Below are positions 20,807-31,298 of a stretch of DNA of 64,000 bases, one piece after another; positions within the stretch are counted from its first letter, which is position 1, and each line of letters opens with the position of its first letter. A program made the translations under genes and the position numbers. This stretch comes from Candidatus Bruticola sp. Its GTDB lineage: Bacteria; Vulcanimicrobiota; Xenobia; Xenobiales; Xenobiaceae. Under the pieces are notes generated by a model. That model ran no database searches and was not told the DNA's origin. It saw only the letters and a program-made list of their open reading frames with translations. The stretch lies in assembly GCA_051874735.1 (NCBI GenBank), contig JBJEGD010000013.1, forward strand, positions 78,707 to 142,706. The letters run 5' to 3'.

Positions 20807-22156
20807 ATGGAAAAAAACTTAACTTCAGGTAGCGTGCTGAAGAATATCGTATATTTTTCGCTGCCTTTTCTTTTAGCTTATTTTCTGCAGACATTTTATG
20901 GATTAGCAGATTTATTTATTGTTGGTTAATTTGAACAGGTGTCTAGTATAACCGCTGTTTCTATTGGCAGTCAGGTCATGCATATGGTGACAGTGATGAT
21001 TGTTGGCCTAACTATGGGAGCCACTGTAACCATTGCCCAGGCTGTTGGGGCTGGAGATAAAGGCAGAATCAATCAGGCTATAGGTAATACCGCTACTTTG
21101 TTTATAGGCCTATCGATGGTCATAACTTTGGCCCTATCTTGTAGCGCTGAGTCTATAACAGCTCTAATTTATACGCCCTCTGAGTCGGTTAAGGCTACTG
21201 CCGATTACCTTTTTATATGCTTTTTGGGGATACCTTTTATCACGGCTTATAATGTTATAGGAGCTGTTTACCGTGGTTTAGGAGATTCTAAAAGTCCTAT
21301 GTACTTTGTGGCTGCAGCTTGCGCCTTTAATATAATTCTCGATTATATTTTCATAGGATACATGCATATGGGAGCTTCAGGTGCAGCCTTGGGGACGTCT
21401 CTTTCACAAGCTGCTAGCGTATGCTTAGCCCTAATTATGTTTAGATGCGGTCAAAAAGAATTGCCAGTTAAAGCTGATTTTATACCTCAGCGCGGAGTTA
21501 TGGGCAAACTGTTAAAAATAGGCTTACCCGTTTCTTTACAGGACGGTTTCGTACAGATTGCTTTTATTACCATTACGATTATTGCTAACCGCCGCGGTTT
21601 GAATGATGCTGCAGCAGTAGGTATTGTAGAAAAAATTATCGGCTTTTTATTTTTAGTGCCATCATCTATGCTTTCCTCAGTTTCGGCTTTGTGCGCTCAA
21701 AATATTGGGGCTGCCAAACCGGAGCGCGCTTCAGCGACTTTGCGTTGGGCCATAGGTATAGCTGGAGGATTTGGTTTTCTTATTTCTGTAATTATGCAGT
21801 TCTCTGCGGAACCGGTGGTAGGTTGCTTTACTTCTGATTCTACCGTTATTTTAATGGGTGGAGCTTATCTGCGCGGGTATATTTGGGATTGTCTATTCGC
21901 TGGCATCCATTTTTGTTTTAGCGGTTATTTCTGCGCTTACGGCCATTCAGAGCTCTCGTTTATGCATAATATAATAACTCTGTTTTTTGCCAGAATTCCG
22001 GGAGTTTATCTGGCCTCGTTTTTGTTTCCTCAAACTCTTTACCCTATGGGATTGGCCACAGCGGCTGGCTCAGTTGTTTCAATTATTATTTGCTGTTTAT
22101 TCTATGTCCGTCTGCATCGCTATACAGAGGAATGCAGGCAAAAGTCCGCTGTTTGA
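20807..22156 (+). pseudogene. MATE efflux transporter interrupted by an in-frame TAA
   Basis: ATG 20807 gives MEKNLTSGSVLKNIVYFSLPFLLAYFLQTFYGLADLFIVG*FEQVSSITAVSIG; the stop is at 20927-20929, in frame with the listed 20939 ORF; MATE motifs RGLGDSKSP and NIILD. Confidence 0.85.
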
Positions 22157-22389
22157 AGTGGAGACCTCTATACAAAAATTAGCCATTTGTAAAGAGTGAC
22201 AACCTAAAATATTTTTTTAGTATAGCTCAAGGCTTGCAGATACAAATGTTAAACTATATGGGCAGTTTTATGAGCTTCATAAAATTTCTCTATCCCTAAT
22301 ATAGACACCTCTGTTACTTATTTAGTAAAGGTTGTTTTCCCCATGAACCGATCATACTGACTGCAAAAAAAGTAAAAGGATGCAATAAT

Positions 22390-22977
22390 ATGTCTATAAA
22401 TAAGCTTTTATACAAAATAGGGAAGGCCTCAATCTGTACTGCTTTTATAGGAATCGCCTATGTTTTGCTAAAATGGGTGATAGACGGTCGCAAATTTATG
22501 GATATGCTAGATGTTGTGATCTATATCACTCTGTTTCTGTTTATTTTTTGTATAGGCAGCTGGTTCAAAAAGATAGATCGCTGTCATAGAATCAGCGTGG
22601 GCGAAATAGCTTATAAATTGGACATGCTAGATGAAATCAAAAGTTACAGCTGTAATAAAGCTATGATGAATTTTTCAATTTATGGCATCGCAACTTTTCT
22701 TTTTAGCATAGGTAATTTTTTTCGGCTGTTTCTTCCCAGCACGGCAAGTTATGAAGTTATCAGCATTATTTGTCTTAGTTCCTGCTCCTTAGGAGTTTCA
22801 GGTATACTTTTAATGACTTATGGCTATAAGAATTCCTTATATGACAACATAATGAAAGAGAATGATAAAGAAACTCCCACACCACTAGGCAGCGGAATTG
22901 ATGATGCGGTTGATTATATTTATGATGAGCAGTATGACAGACCGCAAGGAAACAGAGCTCCTCATAAAATATCTTGA
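22390..22977 (+). CDS. Hypothetical membrane protein (about 4 TM, acidic C-tail)
   Basis: 195-aa ORF with four hydrophobic stretches; AAAGGA RBS. Confidence 0.65.
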   Translation: MSINKLLYKIGKASICTAFIGIAYVLLKWVIDGRKFMDMLDVVIYITLFLFIFCIGSWFKKIDRCHRISVGEIAYKLDMLDEIKSYSCNKAMMNFSIYGIATFLFSIGNFFRLFLPSTASYEVISIICLSSCSLGVSGILLMTYGYKNSLYDNIMKENDKETPTPLGSGIDDAVDYIYDEQYDRPQGNRAPHKIS

Positions 22978-23090
22978 TATAAAGCGTCGGCAGGTTTAGC
23001 GCTTATACTGAGTTAATTGATTACTAATTTGCTTTTAAAATATAGAGTCAGGGCGGTTAAAAGCTATGGAACGCTTACGGAGGGCAGAGC

Positions 23091-23522
23091 ATGAGACACC
23101 GTAATAATAAAAATGTGGAGATTCCTTCAGAACTTTCATGTAAAATTCGCGAATATGAAGCTAAGGGCCGATTGCTGCAAAGATGGTTGTGGGGGGTAAT
23201 TGCTTTAGAAGTTGTACTTACTATTGCATATTACGTGTCTTATAGTCATTATAAATCTTCCAATTTAATAATTAATATATACGGAATAGTGCTGTTCCTT
23301 ATGTGTATTGTGCTGGCACTAGTTATGTATTTATATCTTAGTAATGAAAGTAGTAAGCAAGTGTACGATCATTTGAAATATCAGTGTATGTTTGGTGATA
23401 TTTCTGATGACGGTGGTTGTTCCGATCAAGAATTGGAAGAATTAGAGCGCTTAATTGAGGAAGATGAGCGTTCAGCTGGAAGAAACGGACTAATTTCTAG
23501 CTTTTTCGGTATAAGAAGATAG
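23091..23522 (+). CDS. Hypothetical membrane protein (2 TM, acidic C-tail)
   Basis: 143-aa ORF; GGAGGG RBS; two hydrophobic segments. Confidence 0.65.
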   Translation: MRHRNNKNVEIPSELSCKIREYEAKGRLLQRWLWGVIALEVVLTIAYYVSYSHYKSSNLIINIYGIVLFLMCIVLALVMYLYLSNESSKQVYDHLKYQCMFGDISDDGGCSDQELEELERLIEEDERSAGRNGLISSFFGIRR

Positions 23523-23595
23523 TAAGATAATTTCCTAAGAGACTGCTACTGCTAGTAGCGGTAGCAGCGTTGTAGTAGTCAGAAGGAACTAAGTT

Positions 23596-24381
23596 ATGCA
23601 TGATAACAGTAATGGGGCTGGCGGTTCACTTTCGGTACATACTAATAAAAATCTGATTATAGTATACATAATAAATTTCATTGTCAGATTAGCTTTTCTT
23701 GTAGATATATTGGCAGGCATTGTTGCTGTTGTGCTCATGGTACTTAGTCTAGCTGATAAAGTTCATTTATCACATGTAGAAATTATCTATTGCGGTAGGG
23801 CTTTGTTATATTCAGGAATAGCTTTTGTGCCCTTATTGATAGCCTATTACTTAGCAGCTCTTTCGCTTGAAAGTACAAGAAGCAAGGCAAATAATTTAGA
23901 TTCAGATGAACAACTAGCCTTAGCTTTAGGAATTAGCCTTCCAGAGATCGAGTCCCAGCAAGATAATAGGCTGGCTGATATAGAGTTACCTACGCCGACG
24001 ACACCTACTAGCAGTCACAAGGAAGATAATCTAAAAACTAATTCAACAGCTAGTATTGTATTCGGCGTTATATTTTTTATGTCAGGTATTTATCTTGCTT
24101 CCGAAACTGGCGATTTAGGTACCAGTTCAATTCTATTAATTACTGGAGTTGGAATGTGGCTGTATGGTATGAGCGGTAGAAGGAAAGTTGAGCGTATGAA
24201 AGCAGCTAGACAGGTAGAGCAGACTTCTGCCTCAACCTCCTCTCAGTACGAACAGCCCGAACGGTTGGGAAGGAAACGCAGAAACTCGGAAAATTTTGCA
24301 GCCAGAAATAGCCGAAGAGCCGAGCGGTCGGAATCTGTAGGTTGCGATAATAACTACAGCGACTTAGACGATCAGTTCTAA
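23596..24381 (+). CDS. Hypothetical membrane protein (about 4 TM) ending ...SENFAARN...DLDDQF
   Basis: 261-aa ORF; AAGGA RBS; tail shared with the next gene. Confidence 0.7.
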   Translation: MHDNSNGAGGSLSVHTNKNLIIVYIINFIVRLAFLVDILAGIVAVVLMVLSLADKVHLSHVEIIYCGRALLYSGIAFVPLLIAYYLAALSLESTRSKANNLDSDEQLALALGISLPEIESQQDNRLADIELPTPTTPTSSHKEDNLKTNSTASIVFGVIFFMSGIYLASETGDLGTSSILLITGVGMWLYGMSGRRKVERMKAARQVEQTSASTSSQYEQPERLGRKRRNSENFAARNSRRAERSESVGCDNNYSDLDDQF

Positions 24382-24831
24382 TAATTATATAATTACGGTT
24401 GCAATAGAAAGCATAAAACCTAGAGAGACTTTCCACAGACTAAGCGCTCATCATAATAAATTAGTTTAATGACTGGTGGTATTCGGGGTATAGAGTAGTT
24501 TCTTATGTTTCACATGCGTACATATGTTGATACTGGCGATTTATTTAGTCTGTTTTTTACACTGATTGTTACAATTATTATTCATTTTATTCAGAAAAGG
24601 AGAGACGCTCGAATAGATGCTGATAAGAAAAAAGAAGAGGAAGTTTATTTGTACAATTCAGATGAGATGCCAGTAAACAGACATTATTCCTATAATAGCG
24701 ATCGTACTGGCAGTTTTATAAACGAACAAAGGAGCTCGGAAAATTTTGCGGCTAGAAATAACCCAAGATCTGAGTTTTCAAAATATGTGTACTACAGCAG
24801 CGACTATGATGACTTAGACGATCAATTTTAA
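24286..24831 (+). repeat. Diverged 96-bp direct repeat (24286-24381 and 24736-24831) encoding the shared C-terminal tails
   Basis: TCGGAAAATTTTGC.GC.AGAAATA...GACTTAGACGATCA.TT.TAA occurs twice, colinear, 450 bp apart. Confidence 0.85.
24505..24831 (+). CDS. Single-TM hypothetical protein ending ...SENFAARN...DLDDQF
   Basis: 108-aa ORF; tail paralogous to the upstream gene. Confidence 0.65.
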   Translation: MFHMRTYVDTGDLFSLFFTLIVTIIIHFIQKRRDARIDADKKKEEEVYLYNSDEMPVNRHYSYNSDRTGSFINEQRSSENFAARNNPRSEFSKYVYYSSDYDDLDDQF

Positions 24832-24836
24832 CAATA

Positions 24837-24883
24837 AAAAAAATGCCCTCATGACTATGTAAATAGACTGAGGGTATTTTTTT
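24837..24883. terminator. Bidirectional terminator
   Basis: A-run, ATGCCCTCA...TGAGGGTAT stem, T-run, between convergent genes. Confidence 0.75.
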
Positions 24884-24911
24884 ATACGAAATTACTAAAG
24901 CAAGAAATAGA

Positions 24912-25895
24912 TTAAATAAATTTATCAAGCAATTCAGGTATAAGTTGGCTATATACCTCTTCTAAATTGGCTGATGCGAAACGGCAGGCCGCTGCCAGAG
25001 CGTGTCCTCCTCCTGAGTGGCGAGCGGCAATATCATTGATGACAATTTTTTTAGAGCGAAGTGAAACTCGAACTTCGTTAGGCACAACCGCTTTAAATAA
25101 AGCAAAAACTTCACAGCCCTTCATAACGTTCAGACGGCCTAAAAGCATTTGCGTATCCTTCTCTTCTAAATTACAGGCCTTTAACATTTTTTCTGTCAGA
25201 CAGGCTGTAACTAATTTTCCGTCAGCATAAACTTTCAGAGTTTGCAAGCACATAGACTGCAGCTTAAGATCATTTAAAGTAAAGCTGCTGAAAAGTTGGT
25301 TGTGTATGTAACTTATATCCCCTAGGATGCTGAGCAGATGAGCGGCCGCTTGATGGGTGCGAGGGGAAGTAGCAGAAAAGCGGAAGCTGCCCGAATCGGA
25401 AACAATAGAAGTGTACAAAGCTTCAGCGCATTCGCGGTTTATTTCGACGTTCATGGCTTGGAAAACAAAATATAGCATTTCTCCCAAGGCCGCAAAACTA
25501 GGATCTATCCAGTTGAAATCAGCTGAAAGATTGTTCATAGGATGATGATCTAAATTAATAACTTTAGAACACCTTTGCGATAAATTCAGGTCTTTAGGAA
25601 GACGGCTAGGTTGAGGACATTCTAAAACTAGAGCGACGTCGAAGGAAGCACCTACGGGCAACTCGGTATGAATCTCGGCTGTACCCTTAATAAACTTAAA
25701 AATTTCCGGCGTACCGTCAGGACTATACAGATAGTAGTTTTTGTGCAGGCTCTTCAGTATCTGAGCACAGGCTACCATGCTGCCCAGGTCGTCGCCGTCG
25801 ATATTAACATGGGGTACAATTAAAAAATTATCGTGCTGCAGCAAAACTTGAGCAATCTCAAAACATGCTTGCGGAGGCTGATAAGTTAAATTCAT
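24912..25895 (-). CDS. nrnA: DHH/DHHA1 bifunctional oligoribonuclease/pAp phosphatase
   Basis: HVNIDGDDLGS, NLDHH, DSGSFRF, RVSLRS and GGGHALAA motifs; follows rbfA. Confidence 0.85.
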   Translation of the reverse strand: MNLTYQPPQACFEIAQVLLQHDNFLIVPHVNIDGDDLGSMVACAQILKSLHKNYYLYSPDGTPEIFKFIKGTAEIHTELPVGASFDVALVLECPQPSRLPKDLNLSQRCSKVINLDHHPMNNLSADFNWIDPSFAALGEMLYFVFQAMNVEINRECAEALYTSIVSDSGSFRFSATSPRTHQAAAHLLSILGDISYIHNQLFSSFTLNDLKLQSMCLQTLKVYADGKLVTACLTEKMLKACNLEEKDTQMLLGRLNVMKGCEVFALFKAVVPNEVRVSLRSKKIVINDIAARHSGGGHALAAACRFASANLEEVYSQLIPELLDKFI

Positions 25896-25905
25896 AGACT
25901 TGTAG

Positions 25906-26313
25906 TTAATCCTCCTCGGGCTGTTGATTTTGGTTGTCTTGGTCTATGTTGAGGCTCTCCAGCAAACTGAAAATGTGTTCAGCTTTTTCCTGGGTTGTAT
26001 CGCGGAAGAAAGCTAAAGAAGGTATATTCTTTATGCACAGTTCTTTAGCCAGTTCGTGTCGCAAAAAGCCTTTGGCTTTATTTAAGCCTTCTACGATGGC
26101 GATCTGCCTGTCTTCTGGGGCCATAATACTGATATAAAATTTCGCTAAAGAGGTATCGGCACTGAGATCGACGTCAGTTAAAGTAATAATTTCCTGACCT
26201 TCTTTTTCGGGGGGAAAAACTGAGGGATCTTTGACACGGTGAATAATTTCGTTGCCCACTTCTAACATTAAGCCACGCAGACGTACTAAATGGTGATTCA
26301 TAACTTTTTCCAC
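25906..26313 (-). CDS. rbfA: Ribosome-binding factor A (start may be ATG at 26301)
   Basis: TLTDVDLSADTSLAKFYIS, LNKAKGFLRHEL and IPSLAFFRD motifs; synteny with infB. Confidence 0.88.
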   Translation of the reverse strand: MEKVMNHHLVRLRGLMLEVGNEIIHRVKDPSVFPPEKEGQEIITLTDVDLSADTSLAKFYISIMAPEDRQIAIVEGLNKAKGFLRHELAKELCIKNIPSLAFFRDTTQEKAEHIFSLLESLNIDQDNQNQQPEED

Positions 26314-26449
26314 AATCTTTCTATTCAGTAAAAATTTAAAACTAAAAACCGCCGCAGCCTTTAGAATAGAGAAACGGCCGCCACTTCAGAGTGAGGGGAC
26401 AGCCGCATTCCGTTTAGCTAAATGGACAGCGGCGGAAATCAAACTGAGA

Positions 26450-29437
26450 CTAAAGTTCGCGCTGATGCTCCACTTTCTGGTAGCACTCGACGATATCGCC
26501 TTCCTGTAAATCTGCGTAGTTAGCCACGGTTAAACCGCACTCGAAGCCTTCGACCACTTCTCTGGCATCGTCTTTGAAGCGGCGCAGTGTTTCTACCGTA
26601 CTGTCGTAAATAACTACATTATCGCGGAGCAGGCGGCAGAGAGCCCCTCTGACGACCTTACCTTCAGTAACGTAACAGCCAGCTACTTTACCGATCTTGC
26701 TAATCTTGAAAACTTGGCGCACTTCGGCTTTGCCCAGAACAACTTCCTCAATATCGGGAGTTAGTAAGCCAGACATGGCCTTCTTTATATGCTCTATGAC
26801 TTCATAGATGATCCTATAAGTGCGTATCTCGACTTCTTCCATATCAGCAGAGCGCTTGACCAAGGCGCCTGGCCGCACATTGAAACCAATAATAATGGCT
26901 TTGGAAGCGGAAGCTAGCATGACGTCGGTTTCAGAAATAGCACCTACGCCGGAGTGAATAATTTTTACAGCCACTTCATCGGTGCTTAACTTATTCAGGG
27001 ACTGAATAAGGGCTTGTAAACTACCATGGCTTTCAGCTTTGACCAGTAACTTGAGGTCTTTAGCTACGCCGTTTTTAAGATCGGCAAAGAGGCCTTCCAG
27101 AGTTTGTCGGCTATTAGAGTTTATGCGCGTATGTCTGGCTTTGGTTGTGCGGGCTTCTGATACCTGACGGGCCATTTTTTCATCTTCAACTACTTGCAGA
27201 TGATCGCCGGCATCAGGCACAGCTTCCAAACCCACAATTTCGACAGGCACAGAAGGGCCGGCACTTCTAATGCCCTTGCCTTTCTCGTTGAGCATAGCGC
27301 GCAGTCTACCCCAAGTTTTACCCACAACAACTGTGTCACCAACCTTTAAAGTGCCATTCTGCACCAGCACAGTGGCAACCGGCCCGCGTCCTTTATCTAT
27401 AGATCCTTCGATAATCGTACCTTGGGCCTTAGCGTGTGGATTAGCCATTAAATTCATAGTGTCCGCTTGAAGAATGACCAGATCTAAAAGATCGTTTAAG
27501 CCGATATTGCGCTTGGCGGAAATTTTGCACATTATCGTGTCGCCGCCCCACTCTTCAGCTAACAGTCCGTACTCAGTAAGTTGAGTCATCACTCTGTCGG
27601 GATTAGACTCGGGGAGGTCTATTTTATTAATAGCTACGATAATAGGTAAATTAGCCGCTCTAGCATGGTTAATAGCTTCGACCGTTTGAGGCATAACGCC
27701 ATCATTAGCCGCTACTACCAAAATAGCTATATCAGTAATCGCAGCTCCTCTAGCTCTCATCTGAGTGAAAGCCTCGTGTCCGGGAGTATCGATAAAGGTA
27801 ACTTTGCGACCGTCGTGGATGACAGTATAAGCACCTATAGTTTGAGTAATACCTCCAGCTTCTCCTGAAACAACAGAAGTACGGCGGATGGCGTCTAAAA
27901 GGGAAGTTTTACCGTGGTCTACATGGCCCAAAACGGAAATAACTGGTGGACGGGGGGTAACATTGCCTTCATCTCCGTCAATCAGCTCTAAGGGGACGTC
28001 TTCGGTAGACATTTCACCGACTTTATAACCGTAAGAAATAGCCAGATCGCGGGCTTCTTCGTAGGAAAGAGCCTGGTTAATAGAAACCATCTTGCCCTGA
28101 CGGACGAAGGTACTGATTAAATTGTTAGCCGGACGCCCCATACGGGTGGCTAAATCTGCCAGGGAAATAACTTCCGGAATTACGATAGTTTTCTCTTGAG
28201 GCTGCACAGTTGACGGCTGAGTCTGATTGTGCTGATTGCGCTGCCCGTTTCGGTTGGGGGTATTGCCGCGCTGTCCTCGCTGATTGGCTCCGCCTCGGTT
28301 AGCCGCACCACCGCGCTGATTATTATTAGCTCCGCGTCCTTGGGCATTGCTGCGCACCTGGCCGCGGCCTTGAGAGGTGTGAGATTGAGAACCTCCGCGT
28401 CCGTTCATGCTATTGCGGCTCTGCTGGGCGCTGTTGTGTCCGCCTTTGTTGCGAGGAAGACGTCCCTCGCCGGAATTGCGTCCACCTCGACCACCTTCAA
28501 AAACCGCCCTGGGAGCGGTAAAATCGGAAGATGAAAAGGCGTCTTCTATAGAAATGCCCGTCATGGGAGTGGAAAGAGAAATGCTTTCGTCTTGCTGAAT
28601 GCCCATTTCTTCAGGAGAAATGATGGGCAGATCAACTAACTCTTTTTCGTTTTCTTCGTCGTAAACATCATCGATAAGGCGTTTATTAGAGGAACGCTTG
28701 CGGTTTTGTTCTTTGGCTAAAATCGCACGCTGAGCCGCCTCTTTTTCAGCAGCTTCTCTTTCTGCTGCTTCTTTCTCGGCCGCTTCTCTGGCGGCGGCTT
28801 CTCTTTCAGCTGCTTCTTTCGCTTCTTTTTCAGCAGCCTGTCGAGCTGCTTCTTGAGCTGCGGCCTCTCTCTCAGCTGCTTCCCTGGCGGCTTTTTCAGC
28901 GGCTTCGCGGGCCGCTTGCTGAGCTCTCTCTTCCTCGGCAGCTAATTTATTAGCCGTCTCTTGAGCACGCAAGGCTGGGCTGATGCTGCGGGGAATAGGG
29001 CGAAGCCCGCCATTTAAAGTAGCTCGCCTAAAGGCACCGGCTGTCTGTCTAACTTTGACATTGCTGGTGCGAATGGGGCGTGCCGCTATATTATCTTCAT
29101 GGCGGTTCACCTTGCGCTCAATAAGAGCCTGTTTCTCTTCCTGAGTTGCGCGCTTGGCAATACGAACTGCCGGCTTGCTGGCTGCTGCTTTAGCTTGAGC
29201 TTCTTCTTCCATAGCTCTATTTTTGGCTTGAGCTTCGCGGCGCAGCTGCTCAAGGTGAGGAGTAACCGTCTCGCGAACTTTCTGGACAGCCTCATTAGGA
29301 ATGCTGTTAGCCGCAGTCTTAACGGGATAGCCCATGCCTCTGAGGATATTGATCAGAGATTTGCTGTCTTCGATGCCTAGTTCTCTGGCTAATTCATATA
29401 CACGAATTTTGCCTCCGGCATTGGTATTGCTGCTCAT
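26450..29437 (-). CDS. infB: Translation initiation factor IF-2
   Basis: [11 protein letters not shown]-terminus; [20 protein letters not shown]; conserved C-terminal domains. Confidence 0.98.
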   Translation of the reverse strand: MSSNTNAGGKIRVYELARELGIEDSKSLINILRGMGYPVKTAANSIPNEAVQKVRETVTPHLEQLRREAQAKNRAMEEEAQAKAAASKPAVRIAKRATQEEKQALIERKVNRHEDNIAARPIRTSNVKVRQTAGAFRRATLNGGLRPIPRSISPALRAQETANKLAAEEERAQQAAREAAEKAAREAAEREAAAQEAARQAAEKEAKEAAEREAAAREAAEKEAAEREAAEKEAAQRAILAKEQNRKRSSNKRLIDDVYDEENEKELVDLPIISPEEMGIQQDESISLSTPMTGISIEDAFSSSDFTAPRAVFEGGRGGRNSGEGRLPRNKGGHNSAQQSRNSMNGRGGSQSHTSQGRGQVRSNAQGRGANNNQRGGAANRGGANQRGQRGNTPNRNGQRNQHNQTQPSTVQPQEKTIVIPEVISLADLATRMGRPANNLISTFVRQGKMVSINQALSYEEARDLAISYGYKVGEMSTEDVPLELIDGDEGNVTPRPPVISVLGHVDHGKTSLLDAIRRTSVVSGEAGGITQTIGAYTVIHDGRKVTFIDTPGHEAFTQMRARGAAITDIAILVVAANDGVMPQTVEAINHARAANLPIIVAINKIDLPESNPDRVMTQLTEYGLLAEEWGGDTIMCKISAKRNIGLNDLLDLVILQADTMNLMANPHAKAQGTIIEGSIDKGRGPVATVLVQNGTLKVGDTVVVGKTWGRLRAMLNEKGKGIRSAGPSVPVEIVGLEAVPDAGDHLQVVEDEKMARQVSEARTTKARHTRINSNSRQTLEGLFADLKNGVAKDLKLLVKAESHGSLQALIQSLNKLSTDEVAVKIIHSGVGAISETDVMLASASKAIIIGFNVRPGALVKRSADMEEVEIRTYRIIYEVIEHIKKAMSGLLTPDIEEVVLGKAEVRQVFKISKIGKVAGCYVTEGKVVRGALCRLLRDNVVIYDSTVETLRRFKDDAREVVEGFECGLTVANYADLQEGDIVECYQKVEHQREL
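28730..28945 (-). repeat. Low-complexity (E/R/K)EAA tandem repeats within the IF-2 N-region
   Basis: [19 protein letters not shown]... encoded by degenerate ~15-bp units. Confidence 0.75.
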
Positions 29438-29451
29438 AAATCTTTCACTTC

Positions 29452-29766
29452 CTAACTACAAGATGCTGCCGCAGGTTCGGTCTGGTTCGATTTTTGCTGC
29501 TCTAACTGCAAGCTGAGCCACAGGAGAGCTTCCCCGGATAACTTTGCGCTGAAATTCTTACGCAGCCGCTTGTCTTTCTCTAGTTTTTGTAGACATTCGG
29601 CAGAGCGACATATGTAAAAACCCTTGCCGCATATTCTGCCGTCTTGATTAACGACAATTTCACCGCCGCCCGTAGGTCTGACTAGGCGAAACAGCTCGTC
29701 TCTGGATTTTACTCGACGACACGCCACGCACATGCGCTCAGGAATTTTAGACGAGCCGGTTGACAC
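29452..29766 (-). CDS. ylxR: YlxR/RnpM family protein
   Basis: IPERMCVACR, LFRLV and GKGFYIC motifs; located between nusA and infB. Confidence 0.88.
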   Translation of the reverse strand: MSTGSSKIPERMCVACRRVKSRDELFRLVRPTGGGEIVVNQDGRICGKGFYICRSAECLQKLEKDKRLRKNFSAKLSGEALLWLSLQLEQQKSNQTEPAAASCS

Positions 29767-29769
29767 GCC

Positions 29770-30879
29770 TTACTCTCCTTCGCTGACATCTGTCCCAGAA
29801 GTCTGTTTCTTGGCAGCCTCAGCAGCAGCGCTTGATTCACTCTTGATATCGATATGCCACCCGGTAAGCTTAGCGGCCAGGCGAGCATTCTGACCTTCAC
29901 GCCCTATAGCTAAAGGCAGCTGCTGATCAGGGACGATAACCACAGCATTGTTTTGCTCTTTATTGGGGATGACCTTAGTGACTCGGCTGGGCTGCAGAGC
30001 ATTAGCAATGAACTCTTCAATGTTTTCCGACCAAGGAATAACATCGATCTTTTCGTTGCGCAGTTCTTCGACGATACCTTGAACGCGACTACCCTTAGGA
30101 CCTACGCAAGCTCCTACTGGATCTACGTTAGGATCAGTCGATCTGACAGCTATTTTAGAGCGCAGACCAGCCTCGCGGACTACCGCTTTAACTTGCACAA
30201 TGCCCTTCTCAATTTCAGGAACCTGGCTTTCGAATAAGCACTTGAGCAATCCTGGAGAGGAACGGGACAGAATAATCTGCGGACCGTGTTGCCCCTCTTT
30301 TACATCTATTACCAAAGCTTTTATGTGGTCGCCAATGTGGAAAAATTCGTTGTGAGCTTGCTCAGAAGGGGGAATTACACCCTCAGCTCGGCCTAAATTG
30401 ACCGTAATTTCCCTACGCTCGTGGCGGGTGACGGTGCCGCTCATAAGTTTCCCGCGTCTGTCGCTGAATTCATCGCGGATTATATCGCGCTCAAATTCAC
30501 GCATGCGCTGGAGAATAACCTGCTTGGCACTTTGAGCAGCTATGCGACCGAAACTATCGTTGCTAGTTTCAATGTCGATTTCCATACCCACTTCGACATT
30601 AGGCGCTAATTGTTCAGCCTCTTCCAGCTTTATTTCTTTGTTGCTGTCGATAACTTCAGGAACAACAGTTTTGCGTACCCAAATGTGCAACTCAGCAGTG
30701 TTGTGATCTAACTCGACGATAACCTGCTGATTATTGCCGTAGTTGCGTTCATAGGCTTTCTGAAGGGCATCTTCAATGGCCTCTATGATTTTGTCTTTAG
30801 GCAGTTTGCGCTCGCGCTCAAGAGCATCGAGCGCTGCTAAAAGTTGTTCCCTCTGATCTTTACTCATCATCTCTGACAT
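29770..30879 (-). CDS. nusA: Transcription factor NusA
   Basis: FGRIAAQSAKQVI, S1 domain, DPVGACVG, AIGREGQNARLA. Confidence 0.98.
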   Translation of the reverse strand: MSEMMSKDQREQLLAALDALERERKLPKDKIIEAIEDALQKAYERNYGNNQQVIVELDHNTAELHIWVRKTVVPEVIDSNKEIKLEEAEQLAPNVEVGMEIDIETSNDSFGRIAAQSAKQVILQRMREFERDIIRDEFSDRRGKLMSGTVTRHERREITVNLGRAEGVIPPSEQAHNEFFHIGDHIKALVIDVKEGQHGPQIILSRSSPGLLKCLFESQVPEIEKGIVQVKAVVREAGLRSKIAVRSTDPNVDPVGACVGPKGSRVQGIVEELRNEKIDVIPWSENIEEFIANALQPSRVTKVIPNKEQNNAVVIVPDQQLPLAIGREGQNARLAAKLTGWHIDIKSESSAAAEAAKKQTSGTDVSEGE

Positions 30880-30896
30880 TTTTGCTGCGCTGCTCC

Positions 30897-31229
30897 TTAA
30901 TTCAGTTCTGTTCCGACGTTTTCATTGCAAGGGTCAGGCGAAACATCTGAGCCGGGTGAAGAAACCTCTAAATAGTAAGTTCCCTTAATAGGATCTAACT
31001 CGTCTAGACGCTTAGATAAAGGACGGTGCACCTGAGTGCAATCTTCGAGTGTAACTGGAATCGACTTACCCTCGGGCTCTCCTGCCTCGTGATCTACCGT
31101 CACTCTCAAATACCAAAGGCCGTCCTCTCGTATGAACTCAACTTTCTTAATTATTAAACCTAAGGGTTGAGCTATGAGGGCGGCTTCTCTGCGGATTAAA
31201 TCTAGAGCTTTTTCGCTTATTTTCGCCAA
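30897..31229 (-). CDS. rimP: Ribosome maturation factor RimP, N-terminal domain only
   Basis: YLRVTVD, TLEDC and LDELDPIKGTYYLEVSSPG motifs; ends 17 aa after SSPG; first gene of the nusA operon. Confidence 0.85.
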   Translation of the reverse strand: MAKISEKALDLIRREAALIAQPLGLIIKKVEFIREDGLWYLRVTVDHEAGEPEGKSIPVTLEDCTQVHRPLSKRLDELDPIKGTYYLEVSSPGSDVSPDPCNENVGTELN

Positions 31230-31298
31230 GTGGAACTTCCTTCAGAAATGCAAACAATTCTTAAATGGCCCTCTGCTTTGAGGAAGCATTTGCTCACA

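Noticed and set aside
20927-20929. Stop-codon reassignment or programmed readthrough
   Set aside because: Many genes here end in TAA, and no other conserved gene shows internal stops. A point mutation or error is simpler.
22200-24900. Integron cassette array or CRISPR explanation for the orphan membrane genes
   Set aside because: No repeated attC-like or CRISPR repeats in the spacers, and no integrase or cas genes. The only repeat is coding.
28230-28945. Repetitive sequence in infB as a novel repeat element
   Set aside because: Charged-helix and G/N/Q/R-rich linkers are normal in long IF-2 N-termini.
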